A stretch of 63,398 nucleotides of DNA, filler included, from Octopus bimaculoides (taxonomy: Eukaryota): NCBI RefSeq assembly GCF_001194135.2. It is 6 parts of 5 records of this genome, joined end to end, with 100 filler letters (N's around TTAATTAATTAA, not from the genome) between each part and the next. Parts side by side here need not be neighbours in the genome. Positions count along the whole stretch, not along the records: positions 21,183 to 41,228 come from NC_068985.1; 5 more parts are not named here. One strand, given 5' to 3'. Within the stretch, counting starts at the first letter, position 1; each line of letters opens with the position of its first letter. The position numbers were made by a program, and so were the translations under genes. This document shows, one piece after another, positions 24,852 to 37,164 of the stretch. Under the pieces are notes generated by a model, which worked only from the letters and a program-made list of their open reading frames with translations, had not been told where the DNA came from and did no database searches.

Positions 24852-25050
24852 GTATATGTTTGTGTGTCTGTATTTGTCCCGACAACCGATGCTGGTGTGT
24901 TTACGCCCCCGTAACTTAGCGGTTCGGCAAAAGAGATCGATAGAATAAGTACTAGGCTTACAAAGAATAAGTCCTGGGGTCGATTTGCTCGACTAAAGGC
25001 GGTGCCCCAGCATGGCCGCAGTCAAATGACTGAAACAAGTAAAAGAGAAT
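24634..25050 (+). mobile_element. SINE family A, full length
   Basis: GGCGTAGGAGTGGTTGTGTGG...GGGTTCAGTCCC head, internal (TA)n/(TATG)n, complete tail. Confidence 0.9.
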
Positions 25051-25469
25051 ATCAGTTTAGGGAGATTTGGTTACTATTTTTAGCCAGCTGAGTAACTGAC
25101 AACTAAAGGGCACCTTGATGGTTTGGGTTATACGGTAGAGCATATTTATTTACAAGCTGTGTAAGTCACTTCCACATTGATAAACATCTTCATATGATGG
25201 GCAACTGAGCAGAAGAACATTCATTTTAACCCTCAATTAATTCATATTCTAACAAATCCGATTCAAAATCTTTCTGCTCCAATGGTGCATCACATTTGTG
25301 AAGTTATGTGTTTGTGATGCAATGACCCAATTGATTTCACTCGCCAAACCTGAGCATCGTTATTTCAGATCATAGTTAAGGGTTTGTTGAAATGAGCCTT
25401 TCTTTCTGCATTAATTAATTAATGGATGGATGAACTGATTGATATGGAGGTGGGGACGGATGGATGGAT

Positions 25470-25890
25470 TAGATAAATAGATAGATAGATAGATAGATTA
25501 AATTAAATAAACAGAGAAAGTAGCTATATATTGATAGATAAATTAGATAGACAGATAGATAAATTACATAGACAAACAGATAGATAGATAGATAGATAAA
25601 TAAATAGACAGACACACAGAGAAATAGACAAATAAGCAGATAGATAGACTGACTAGATAGATAAATTACTCACAAATTAGATAGATAGATTAATAGACAG
25701 ACAGAAATACATAGATGGACTGACTATTTATAGATAGATATATAGATAGATAGATAGAGACAGAAATAGACAAACAGCTAGATAAACTGACTAGACAGAT
25801 AAATTAGATACATAGATTAGATTACATTAAATAGATAGATATATAGGATTCGAGTAAATGGATGGATAGATAGGCAGACAGAAAGACATT

Positions 25891-25921
<31 letters not shown>

Positions 25922-25990
25922 GGGAAGAAGACAAGATAAATAAACAGCCTGATTAGATTAGATTAGATAGAATAAATTAGACCGATAGGC
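25470..25990. repeat. Degenerate (GATA)n/(GACA)n tract
   Basis: Directly visible. Confidence 0.9.
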
Positions 25991-26899
25991 AAACCAGCTA
26001 TATAGACAAACATAGACAAACAGATGTATGTATGTATGTACGTACGTACATACATATGTATGTATGGTGTATAGACAGACAAACAAATTGTTGGTTGTAA
26101 AGAAAGGCTACATTGATCTAGAGCTAGAAATAATGCCAATAAGAAGAAAGAACTGATGAAATTGGTATAATGATATAAAATAAGGAGAAAATGTAAGAAA
26201 GGATCAAAACATGGAAGAAGGGAGCAAGAAATAAACAGGATGAATAGATAGAGACAATGAAAGAAATAGGGGGAAAAAGAAGAGAGAGAGACAGAGAGAG
26301 CAGAAGAGTTGATTGAAAAACGAAGTGAGAGAGAGAGAAGAGGGACATTGGTAAATAAAAGAAACTAAAAAGATTAAGAAGAGAGCAAGGAGAGAGAGGA
26401 AGAGGTTAAATTTTAGATAGGAAGATCACAAGAGAGGATTGAAAGAGATAAAGAGAAAAGAATGATAAAAGAAGATAGGAGAGGGAGAGAAAGAGAGAAA
26501 AGTTCACTTTTCTGAACCAGATTAGTCATGGAGAGAAGAGATTCAATGAACCATGTTTAAACTTCCTCTTTTAAACAACAGAGAGGTTGGCACACAATAA
26601 TATATGAAGTCATTCAGAACATAAAATGTCCATGCCAAACTGATGATTATAATGAAAGAGAATGAGTATTTTAACACAGTAGAATAAATGTCAGTCATTT
26701 AAACGCCAAACAAACCAGCCATTCTTGGAGATAAACAACCACTCCAATATCCTTATTTTCTCTTCCAAACTTGCCCACCACCATTTCTATAAGCAACTCA
26801 CATGTTCTCTTCATTTCTCCTATTTGTCTATCTTGTCTTTTTTATACTTCATTATTCTCTTTTTATTCATGTTTTGTTTCCCTTTTCACTCACAAAATC

Positions 26900-27083
26900 T
26901 CTACTTATATCTATCTATCTATCTATCTATATCTATCTATCTATGTCTGTCTATTTATATCTCTATCTATGTCTGTCTATCTATCTATCTATCCACCTAT
27001 CTATCTATTGATCTATCCATCTACCTATCCATCCATCAAATCTAATTATCTGTTGATTTATCTATCTATCTATTGATCTAACC

Positions 27084-27121
<38 letters not shown>

Positions 27122-27745
27122 TGGTTTACCCATCTATTTGGCTAGCTTTTTACATCCCTCTATTGGCTTATCCATCCATCCATCCATCCATCCATCTATA
27201 TCTATCTGCATCTAACAATCTAGCTATCTGTCTATATCTATCTGCATCAGTCTGTCTATCTATCTATCATTGTCTTTTCGTTTCTTCTTCTTTCTTTCTG
27301 TACCTTTCAGTTTCTCTCACATATTTCCACACACCACCTTACCCTTTTCCATCCAGTTATTATTTTCCATTTTTGTTCCTTTTAAATCTAAATCTTGTCT
27401 TCCGTCTGGTTTTATTGTCCTTCTCTTTTCTTTCTCATTATTTTTCTCCTGCTAAGTCTATCTCTCTGTCATTTAATCGAACTATTAATCTTTCAGTGAA
27501 TCAAACTCATTGTATGTATATATCAATGATTCAATCTATCCTTTCCTTATCTATCTATCTATACTTATCTATTTATCTATCTATCTATACTTATCTATCT
27601 ATCTATCTATCTACCTATCTATCTATACTTATCTATTTATCTATCTATACTTATCTATTTATCTATCTATCTATACGTATCTATTTATCTATCTATCTAT
27701 ACTTATCTATTTATTTATCTATCTATCTATCTATCTACCTGTTTG
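26900..27745. repeat. (CTAT)n-derived tracts with (CT)n and (CCAT)n
   Basis: Directly visible. Confidence 0.9.
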
Positions 27746-29265
27746 TGTATCAATGTTTATCATTAATTGTCAGTCTCTTTATTTTTCAAACTCCATGTGC
27801 AATGTGTGTGTGTGCATGTGCACGCACGCGTGCATGCATTGAGTCACTCTGTTTCTTCTGCTAAATATTAATAAAAATGTACATATACTCATATTTTGAG
27901 TTCTATTTTCCCTGTTTTCATCAACATACCACATGTGTGGGTGTGTGTGAATATATATAAATACACACATACTCATGCATAAATATATATTCATACACAC
28001 ACATACACACGTATGCAGGTGTGCATTTTATCTGTACTATTTTGTGTCAATTGTTATATCAACTTATTATATTCTAACAGGTTATTAATTCTTGAACACT
28101 GCTGTGATCATGTGCCTCCAATAACAAAAGCTAGGATGTTTTATATCTAACATTTATATGTACAATGTCCAATATATATATATATATATANNNNNNNNNN
28201 NNNNNNNNNNNNNNNNNNNNNNNNNNNNNNNNNNNNNNNNNNNNNNNNNNNNNNNNNNNNNNNNNNNNNNNNNNNNNNNNNNNNNNNNNNNNNNNNNNNN
28301 NNNNNNNNNNNNNNNNNNNNNNNNNNNNNNNNNNNNNNNNNNNNNNNNNNNNNNNNNNNNNNNNNNNNNNNNNNNNNNNNNNNNNNNNNNNNNNNNNNNN
28401 NNNNNNNNNNNNNNNNNNNNNNNNNNNNNNNNNNNNNNNNNNNNNNNNNNNNNNNNNNNNNNNNNNNNNNNNNNNNNNNNNNNNNNNNNNNNNNNNNNNN
28501 NNNNNNNNNNNNNNNNNNNNNNNNNNNNNNNNNNNNNNNNNNNNNNNNNNNNNNNNNNNNNNNNNNNNNNNNNNNNNNNNNNNNNNNNNNNNNNNNNNNN
28601 NNNNNNNNNNNNNNNNNNNNNNNNNNNNNNNNNNNNNNNNNNNNNNNNNNNNNNNNNNNNNNNNNNNNNNNNNNNNNNNNNNNNNNNNNNNNNNNNNNNN
28701 NNNNNNNNNNNNNNNNNNNNNNNNNNNNNNNNNNNNNNNNNNNNNNNNNNNNNNNNNNNNNNNNNNNNNNNNNNNNNNNNNNNNNNNNNNNNNNNNNNNN
28801 NNNNNNNNNNNNNNNNNNNNNNNNNNNNNNNNNNNNNNNNNNNNNNNNNNNNNNNNNNNNNNNNNNNNNNNNNNNNNNNNNNNNNNNNNNNNNNNNNNNN
28901 NNNNNNNNNNNNNNNNNNNNNNNNNNNNNNNNNNNNNNNNNNNNNNNNNNNNNNNNNNNNNNNNNNNNNNNNNNNNNNNNNNNNNNNNNNNNNNNNNNNN
29001 NNNNNNNNNNTATTATATAAAGATAGAAAAATTATTTTAAAAATATCATAATATCAAAATATTTTAATCGATTTTAATCGATTTAAATTTCTTTTCTATT
29101 TGAAAATTGGTTATGAAACACGTGTAATCTTTTTATTATATTTATCTTATGATATTTACTTTACTTTATATTATACTCATTTATTGTGCTTTTAATTATT
29201 AATTTTTCTATATGTGATAATGAATTTTCATCGATGAGTTCTTGAAAATTGGTTATTTTCCCTAA

Positions 29266-29296
<31 letters not shown>

Positions 29297-29672
29297 CTTG
29301 CAGTTCCCCCTCCCCATATATTCCCTCAGAGTTGGGACTGTTGCTGATCTCTAACTGTGGAAAAGGTAGATGTGGGATGAGGTGATGAAGCATGATCTTC
29401 CAATGATGGGTCTCACGGAGGCAATGGCAAGTGACCTTTGGTGATATGCTATGCTTGAGAAGACTCATGAAACCAAGTGAAATTGTAGTCATGGCTGATG
29501 TCAGTGTCACATGACTGGCACCCGTGCTAGTGGTACATAAAAGCACCCATTACACTCTTGGAGTGGTTGGCATTAGGAAGGGCATCCAGCCATAGAAACC
29601 ATACCAACCCAGACTGGAACCTGGTGCAGCTCTCTGGCTTACCAGTTCCAATCAAACCATCTAAATGATGAT
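29297..29672 (+). mobile_element. RTE LINE 3' end fragment
   Basis: Reverse-complement similarity to 33700-34230 (GAAGCATGATCTTC...GGTCTCACGGAGGCAATG...GGCATTAGGAAGGGCATCCAGC), ending in a GATGAT tail. Confidence 0.7.
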
Positions 29673-29687
29673 TATATATATATATAG

Positions 29688-29850
29688 AGAGAGAATTCAC
29701 AAAAAAAAAAACAAAAGACGAAGACAGGTGGTGTAGACAACAAACAGATGTATTAGTATAATGCTCGGGAAGTGAAAAAGTCTTTAATGTTTTGGGCTTA
29801 TGCTCTTCCACAGAAAGGAACACAGAAAGAAATAAGGAGAGAAAAAAAGA
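29688..29850 (-). mobile_element. Penelope-like repeat piece with degenerate hammerhead-like motif (29781-29818)
   Basis: Similar to 54877-55040. Minus strand reads CCTTT-CTGTGGA-A-GAGC-ATAA-GCCC-AAAAC-ATT-AAAGA. Confidence 0.55.
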
Positions 29851-30062
29851 ATGTGTAGTGGCTAGCAATATATATATATATAAGTATATACTTATAAACT
29901 ATGGCTTACACGATAACTTACCTGCCTCTGGATACCTCCTAACAAAAATGGTACCCACACAGGTAATCTCCAGGAGCGCCTTTGGAGTTAATTATCCCTT
30001 AGTTGCTTAAACACTTCTAGCCTACCACTTGAATGTTTAAACAATCCTAACTTATACCTATG

Positions 30063-30099
<37 letters not shown>

Positions 30100-31019
30100 T
30101 AGAGTTACTACCTACTCCAGTATGCAGTAAAGGAGTAGNNNNNNNNNNNNNNNNNNNNNNNNNNNNNNNNNNNNNNNNNNNNNNNNNNNNNNNNNNNNNN
30201 NNNNNNNNNNNNNNNNNNNNNNNNNNNNNNNNNNNNNNNNNNNNNNNNNNNNNNNNNNNNNNNNNNNNNNNNNNNNNNNNNNNNNNNNNNNNNNNNNNNN
30301 NNNNNNNNNNNNNNNNNNNNNNNNNNNNNNNNNNNNNNNNNNNNNNNNNNNNNNNNNNNNNNNNNNNNNNNNNNNNNNNNNNNNNNNNNNNNNNNNNNNN
30401 NNNNNNNNNNNNNNNNNNNNNNNNNNNNNNNNNNNNNNNNNNNNNNNNNNNNNNNNNNNNNNNNNNNNNNNNNNNNNNNNNNNNNNNNNNNNNNNNNNNN
30501 NNNNNNNNNNNNNNNNNNNNNNNNNNNNNNNNNNNNNNNNNNNNNNNNNNNNNNNNNNNNNNNNNNNNNNNNNNNNNNNNNNNNNNNNNNNNNNNNNNNN
30601 NNNNNNNNNNNNNNNNNNNNNNNNNNNNNNNNNNNNNNNNNNNNNNNNNNNNNNNNNNNNNNNNNNNNNNNNNNNNNNNNNNNNNNNNNNNNNNNNNNNN
30701 NNNNNNNNNNNNNNNNNNNNNNNNNNNNNNNNNNNNNNNNNNNNNNNNNNNNNNNNNNNNNNNNNNNNNNNNNNNNNNNNNNNNNNNNNNNNNNNNNNNN
30801 NNNNNNNNNNNNNNNNNNNNNNNNNNNNNNNNNNNNNNNNNNNNNNNNNNNNNNNNNNNNNNNNNNNNNNNNNNNNNNNNNNNNNNNNNNNNNNNNNNNN
30901 NNNNNNNNNNNNNNNNNNNNNNNNNNNNNNNNNNNNNNNNNNNNNNNNNNNNNNNNNNNNNNNNNNNNNNNNNNNNNNNNNNNNNNNNNNNNNNNNNNNN
31001 NNNNNNNNNNNNNNNNNNN

Positions 31020-31245
31020 GAGACCTTTGGAAATGTGCTGTGCGTGAGAAGACCCGGCAAGCCAAGTGAGATCGTTGCCAGTGCCCCTGGACTGGCTCTT
31101 GTGTGGGTGGCACATAAGATGTACCATCCTGAGCGTGACCGTTGCCAGTACCGCCTGACTGGCCTTGTAGGGTTTTTGAGCGAGATCGTTGCCAGTGCCC
31201 CTGGACTGGCTCTTGTGCGGGTGGCACATAAAAGACACCATTTCG
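31020..31245 (+). mobile_element. RTE LINE 3' region fragment with internal ~52-bp duplication
   Basis: GCTGTGCGTGAGAAGACCCGGCAAGCCAAGTGAGATCGTTGCCAGTGCC occurs here and the GAGATCGTTGCC... unit is repeated. Related to 34100-34180. Confidence 0.7.
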
Positions 31246-31329
31246 AGCTATATTGGTAACGATTACATGCTTTTCTATGAACAATTATATATCTCCCACA
31301 CACCTGACAACCCATACATACCCCCATTC

Positions 31330-32024
31330 ACATATACCTCACTTACCTCCCATACACCTAACACATACACCTCCCACACACCTTACATATATACCGCCCA
31401 CACACATGACAAACATACACGCGCGCCCTCACACACATAGATGAACGCACATATACACACACACACACACACACGCACAGTGGTAGAGACACACACCTAC
31501 TTACACACAGACACACACACACACCCATATATACGCGCACGCCTACATACACATACATACATATGCACACACACACACACAGGAGTGCACACACAAAATA
31601 ACACACATACCTGGCACACATCCTTACGCTCTCACACATACGTACGCACACACACACACACGCACCTCTCACATACATAAACACACACATACACATACAT
31701 ACACGTACACACATGCACACACACCTCTCACATACACAACACACACTCACACAAACACGCATACTACACACACATCACAATCCCACACACACACACGCAC
31801 ATCCATACACATACACACACACCCACATACACACACACACACACCTCTCACCAACACAACACACTCACACAGACACGCATACAATCACACACACATGGGC
31901 ATAAACAACACACGCACATACAGAAGCAAACGCACGCACACACACGTACACAGCAACGCACATATACACAACATACACATACACACAAACACACACGCAC
32001 GCACAAAAACATACACACATGCGC
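31330..32024 (+). repeat. CA-rich composite repeat sharing a 46-bp core with 60371-60416
   Basis: 31575-31620 is the exact reverse complement of 60371-60416. Confidence 0.75.
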
Positions 32025-32359
32025 NNNNNNNNNNNNNNNNNNNNNNNNNNNNNNNNNNNNNNNNNNNNNNNNNNNNNNNNNNNNNNNNNNNNNNNNNNNN
32101 NNNNNNNNNNNNNNNNNNNNNNNNNNNNNNNNNNNNNNNNNNNNNNNNNNNNNNNNNNNNNNNNNNNNNNNNNNNNNNNNNNNNNNNNNNNNNNNNNNNN
32201 NNNNNNNNNNNNNNNNNNNNNNNNNNNNNNNNNNNNNNNNNNNNNNNNNNNNNNNNNNNNNNNNNNNNNNNNNNNNNNNNNNNNNNNNCACACACATTCT
32301 GTTATTACACACACAGACTTGCAGACCCTCGCGCACGCACACATATTCACCTCCCTTTT

Positions 32360-32615
32360 TCACTCTCCTGTCTTAGAAAGAACTTTTCCTCCACCACCTC
32401 CTCTTCCGGTCCTTCCACAATGTAACCTCGTGGGCATCGGTGCCGATTTTTTCTTCCTCCGTTTTTCCATTCTTTGAACTTTCTGTCTTTCCGACGAAGG
32501 GCTCCACCCGAAACGTCATACTCTCTCTCTTTCCTTTCCCGAGCGTCTAATAACACTATCCGTATCACGTCCTCACTTTGTTGTTTTTTTGTTATTGGTT
32601 TTTGTCTTTTTTTGA
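32360..32615 (+). mobile_element. Penelope-like repeat piece with hammerhead-like motif (32486-32520)
   Basis: CCGACGA-A-GGG-CTCCA-CCC-GAAAC-GTC, followed by TTTCCCGAGCGTC as in the other copies. Confidence 0.55.
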
Positions 32616-32678
32616 ACTTATATATATATATATTTGATGGCGTATAAGATGCACTTTTTCACAACCTCACCAAATAAC

Positions 32679-33161
32679 GTCTCATACAAATCAACCAAGG
32701 TTCTATATGTGAAGAAGGCCACCTGTAATTTAATTTTGTCTCTGGTGGTCATTTTTTTCCTGAAAGTGCAGTACTGACATTGAGATGTGTCAAATATGCC
32801 ATCAAAAATGGTGTGTGTGGGAGGGGGGTGGAGTGAATGAACAAAAATGAGGAAAAGACCAGAGGGACAATTCATGACAAATGAGCTATTAGTGTAACAC
32901 TTGAAAGGAAAGGGAAAGGGTCTTTAACGTTTTGGATGCTAGTCTTTCATCAGAAAAAAGAAAAGAGCAAAGGTGAGGGAGTATTGTTTAGCTTATTCAG
33001 CATACACGCCCCACCCAGCCCGCACACACCATTTCTGATGGCATGTTAGACACATCCCAATAACAGCATCGGATTTTCAGGAAAAAAAATGACCATCAGG
33101 GACAAAATTCTTTTAGGTTGACCTACTTCGCATATAGGACTTAGGTTGATTTGTATGAGAC
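32679..33161. repeat. Long imperfect inverted repeat (arms about 32679-32840 and 33001-33161)
   Basis: GTCTCATACAAATCAACC...ATTTTGTC.CTG.TGGTCATTTTTTT.CCTGAAA...ATGCCATCA.AAATGGTGTGTG matches the reverse complement of the right arm at roughly 75-80% by eye. Confidence 0.8.
32921..32958 (-). ncRNA. Degenerate minimal hammerhead-like motif
   Basis: TTTTT-CTGATGA-AAGACTAGCATCC-AAAAC-GTT-AAAGA. CUGAUGA is intact, GAAA has become AAAA and stem II is decayed. Confidence 0.35.
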
Positions 33162-33177
33162 ATAAAAGAAAGATATA

Positions 33178-33304
33178 CAGGGTGTCCACAAAGTCTGGGT
33201 ACATGGAGTAAACAAGATCATGACATAAACAATTAAATATAAGAAATAATAATTTCTTAAAGTATGTGTTAATCTGCATGTACCCAGACTTTGTGGACAC
33301 CCTG
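33178..33304. mobile_element. Tc1/mariner-type MITE, 127 bp
   Basis: Perfect 28-bp TIR CAGGGTGTCCACAAAGTCTGGGTACATG with TA duplication at 33176-33177 and 33305-33306. Confidence 0.9.
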
Positions 33305-33524
33305 TACAATGCTAAATAGATGATATTAAGATACATCGATGGATGTTTAGGTAGGGATACAGGTATAGGCATTTGTGTATGACTGAGTTTATAAACGAGA
33401 AAAAGAATTGGTAAAGTAATCTTGCTTTTGATGCTGTTGATAGTGGTTGTTGTGGAGCTAATGGCTACAGTTGTAGTAATAATGGTAGATGTAATGCACA
33501 GGTTGTTGTTTCTAAAAAAAGTAC

Positions 33525-33690
33525 TCAGGCATGGCTATGTGGTAAGAAGCTTGCTTTCCAGCCACATGGTTCTGGGTTCAGTCCCACTGTGTGGAACCTT
33601 GGGCAAGTATCTTCTACTATAGCCTTGAGCTGACCAAAGCCTTGTGAGTGGGTTTGGTACATGGAAACTGAAAGAAGCTCGTCATATATA
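33525..33690 (+). mobile_element. SINE family A 5' half (interrupted by the RTE)
   Basis: Head CAGGCATGGCTATGTGGTAAGAAGC...GGAAACTGAAAGAAGCTCGTC. The tail resumes at about 35800. Confidence 0.8.
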
Positions 33691-35797
33691 TCATCATTAT
33701 CATCGTTTAATGTCCGCGTTCCAGGCTGGCATGGGTTGGATGGTTTGACTGAAGACTGGCGAGCCAGAAAGCTGCACCAGGCTCCAATCTGATCTGGCAA
33801 AGTTTCTACAGCTGGATGCCCTTCCTAACACTAACCACTCCGAGAGTATACTGGGTGGTTTTATGTACCACTAGCATGAGGGCCAGTCTGGCGGCACTGG
33901 CAACAACCATGCTCAAATGTTGTTTTTCACGTGCCACTGGCAACGATCATGCTCAAATGGTGCATTTTACATGCCACTGGCACGAGTGCCGATCAGGCAG
34001 TACTGTCATTGGCCATGTCAGCAATTTTGATTTCACTAGCCTCAACAGGTCTTCGCAAGCAAAGTCTATTGTCCAGTGAATGAAGGGTACTCATAAGTGG
34101 GCTGGTTATACACCACCGGCATAGGCCATAGTCTCACTTGGCTTGTCGGGTCTTCTCAAGCACAGCATATTTCCAAAGTCTCTGTCACAAGCCATTGCCT
34201 CAGTGAGGCCCAATGTTTGAAGGTCGTGTTTCACCACCTCATCCCAGGGCTCCCTGGGTCTACCTCTTCCACAGGTTCCCTCAACTGCTACGGTGTGACA
34301 CTTTTTCACACAGCTGTCCTCATTCATTCACAACACATGACCATACCAGTGCAGTCGTCTCTCTTGCAAACCACATCTTTTTTCTCTCAGGGCGCTTGCA
34401 CTGTCATATATGCACATTGACATTACACATCCAGCAGAGCATACTGGCTTCATTCCTTGCAAGCTTACGCATGTCCTCAGCAGTCATGGCCTATGTTTCA
34501 CTGCCATGTAGGTTTATCTTTGGCTAGGTATTTCTCCTGCAGCTGTCTTACCAGAAATATAGCATTTCCCTCGAACCCAAACTGCATCTCATCTAGATTG
34601 ACTCTCTCCCTAATTAGTTGGGCTATGACCCTCTCTGTGACTTTCATTACCTGATCTAACAGCTTGATACCTCTGTAATTATTTGTATCTAAAGCGTCAC
34701 CTTTACCTTTGTAGCAGTTGACTATGGTACTGCTACACCAGTCATTGGGTATGACTCCTTCATATATCACCTGATTAACTAAATGGGTGACTAGGCTATA
34801 GCCGACACCACCAGATATTTTGAGCATCTCTGTCATGATTCCTGATGGGCCGAGGGCTTTCCCTGTTTTCATACCCTTAATTACATTATCTACCAAGGTA
34901 CTGTCAAATTCAGATAGTTGGTCCCTCTGTTGGGTCAGCATTTGACAGACACTCTTTCTCTCATTCATTCTCTTTATTTAGCAACCTTTCATAGTGGCAT
35001 CTCCAAATCTCTCTCTTTGCAGCTTCGTTTAATGCAAGTGAACCATCATCCATGCAGACACATTTGTCTCTTATGACATCACGATTCTCTCTCACACACT
35101 GTCATGCAACACGTCTTTTGTCCTCATGGCACAGATCATTGGCAAATATTTTCTTATCTGCTTCCCCTCTGGCTAAATAAACCTGTCTCCTAGCTTCCCT
35201 TCTGGCAGTCTGATACAATTCCCTGCTACCACCGTTCTTCCAAGCCTGTTTCTTTTCTGTAATGGCCCCGTCAACAACATTGTGCCACCACCACATTATC
35301 TTAGGTCGAGAGGGAACTTTGCACCATCCACAGATCTGGTCAGTGGCCCTTAGCAGGTTGTCTCATAGAAACCTCCAGTTGTCTTCCACATTAGGTGATG
35401 CTATATCCCACTCTATTTCATCAAAAGCTTCGAGTAATATGTCTCTAAATCTCTGTCCATTCACAGGATCTTTAAGCTTCCAGACCCTTCTCCTCCATGC
35501 TGGTCGTCTTCTGGACATCCCTTTAGCCCTGATCCTGAAGTCGCTAACTACTAGTTTATGTTGTGGGGTACATTCTTTGCCTGGGAAGAGTTTGGTATTT
35601 ATAAGAAGCCACCTTTCCCTTTTTCTGGCAAGGGATGTAGTCAATTTGGTTAGTGTGTCTACTAGATTGGTAGGTGACTGTTAGGTTTCCTGAAGTTAGT
35701 GTTGCAAACCATAAGATCATTTGCATCACAGAACTCCAGCAGCCTGATTCCCTCCTCGTTGCGAGAACCAAAACCATAACCTCCATGTATGCTAGTG
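33690..35797 (-). mobile_element. RTE-clade LINE, 5'-truncated, with internal deletion and frameshifts (endonuclease C-half, RT N-part, C-terminus, 3' UTR)
   Basis: Minus-strand peptides HGGYGFGSRNEEGIRLLEFC..., QIDYI, QHKLVVSDF, KGMKTGKALGPSG...KGKGDA..NNYRGIKLL...QFGF, ...RGRPREPWDEVVKHDL, and an (ATC)n-type tail at about 33690. Confidence 0.9.
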
Positions 35798-35799
35798 TG

Positions 35800-36032
35800 T
35801 GAATGTACATGTGTATATTTGTGTGTGTGTGTGTTTTGTCTTTGTATCCGTGTTTGTTGCCTCACCATCACTTGACAACCGATGTTGGTGTGTTAACGAA
35901 CCCATAACTTAGCAGTTCAGCAAAAGAGACTGATAGAGTAAGCACTAGGGTCAATTTCTTTGACTAAAAAAAACCCTTTAAGATGGTGCTCCAGCATGGC
36001 TACATTCAAATGACTGAAACAAGTAAAAGAAT
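35800..36032 (+). mobile_element. SINE family A 3' half
   Basis: CTTGACAACCGATGTTGGTG...CCAGCATGGC...GACTGAAACAAGTAAAAGA. Confidence 0.8.
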
Positions 36033-36419
36033 AGAGAAGTAGAGTGTAATTATATTTACTGTAGTTCTGTAATTACTCTCTGCTGTTAGTCAGAGTATCA
36101 CTAATGTTGCTGAAACTGTATAGTAAGAGAGAGCAATCTATCTAAATACTACTGTAAGTCTATATGTATATTTTCCATTCTTACCTCTTTTGTCTCCAGA
36201 CTTATTCTCTACAGACTTCTACAGCAACCAAGATGGGTAACCATTCGTCAAAGCCAACTTACTTTGACTTGACATGTCTTCTCCTACACTGGAATTATGT
36301 CTTATTTTATGTAAAGAATAGTTCTATTTATCTGTTTATAATTTGATCTGATTGCTGGGCTGTCTTCTTTTATGTTCTATTGTTGGTCGTTTTATGTTGG
36401 GAGACCATTGTAAGAACAC

Positions 36420-36610
36420 CACTACCACCACCACCAATACTAACATCCACAACAACAACACCATCCCTACCACCACCAACAAAGGCAACAACAACAGCGA
36501 CAACAATAACAGCAACAACAAAGAAAATAGCAGTAGTAGACACCAACAACAGGAGCACCACCACCACTACCAATAATAACAACACCAGCACCACCACCAC
36601 CAACAACAAC
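36420..36610. repeat. (CAC/CAA)n degenerate trinucleotide tract
   Basis: Directly visible. Confidence 0.85.
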
Positions 36611-37164
36611 GTTGAGACATCGTTGACAAGACTAGAAGATTAGCTGTCATCTATTTAATGAAAGAACAAGAGGGTGTGAGGGAATGAGAGTGGAAAGAGA
36701 TATGACAGGAAGAATACTGAGAGAGAAAGAGACATAAAAAGGAAAGTAAAGAGAATGAGTTAGAGAGAGAGAGAAACAAGTAGACTCTCCTGTAGAGAAC
36801 GTGTGTGTGTGTGTGCGCGCGTGAGAGAGAGAGAAAGAAAGAAAGAGGAAATGAGTGAAAGAATGAGTAGTGGTGGTGGTGGTGGTAGTGGTAGTAGTAG
36901 TAGTAGTGATGAATGATTGAAATGAAAGCTAACAAGACAGAGATTAAACTGTTTCTTGGTGAAAGAGAGGGATTGAGATAAAACAAAAGAGAAAGAGTAA
37001 GAGAGCAGCAATAAAAACATAGGGAGAGAGAGAAAGAGTAGCAACAGACAGAGAGGAACTATCTTCTGGTTGACTAAGAGGATGCAGGGGTGGGGAACAG
37101 GGTTGGAATAACAATAGAAAGAGAGAGAGAGAGGTATTAGGTGAGAGAGGAAGTTTGTGAGTGA

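Noticed and set aside
26500-26650. Candidate upstream exon (LAWTFYVLNDFIYYCVPTSLLFK)
   Set aside because: Plausible acceptor but no good donor, and the frame ends in a stop
32618-32875. ORF MNCPSG...VAFFTYRTLVDLYETLFGEV
   Set aside because: Overlaps the left arm of the inverted repeat, so it is repeat-derived
36170-36420. Candidate exons near GTAAGT/GTAAGA donors (e.g. RRHVKSK; WSPNIKRPTIEHKRR)
   Set aside because: Weak acceptors, in-frame stops in the alternatives and ambiguous strand
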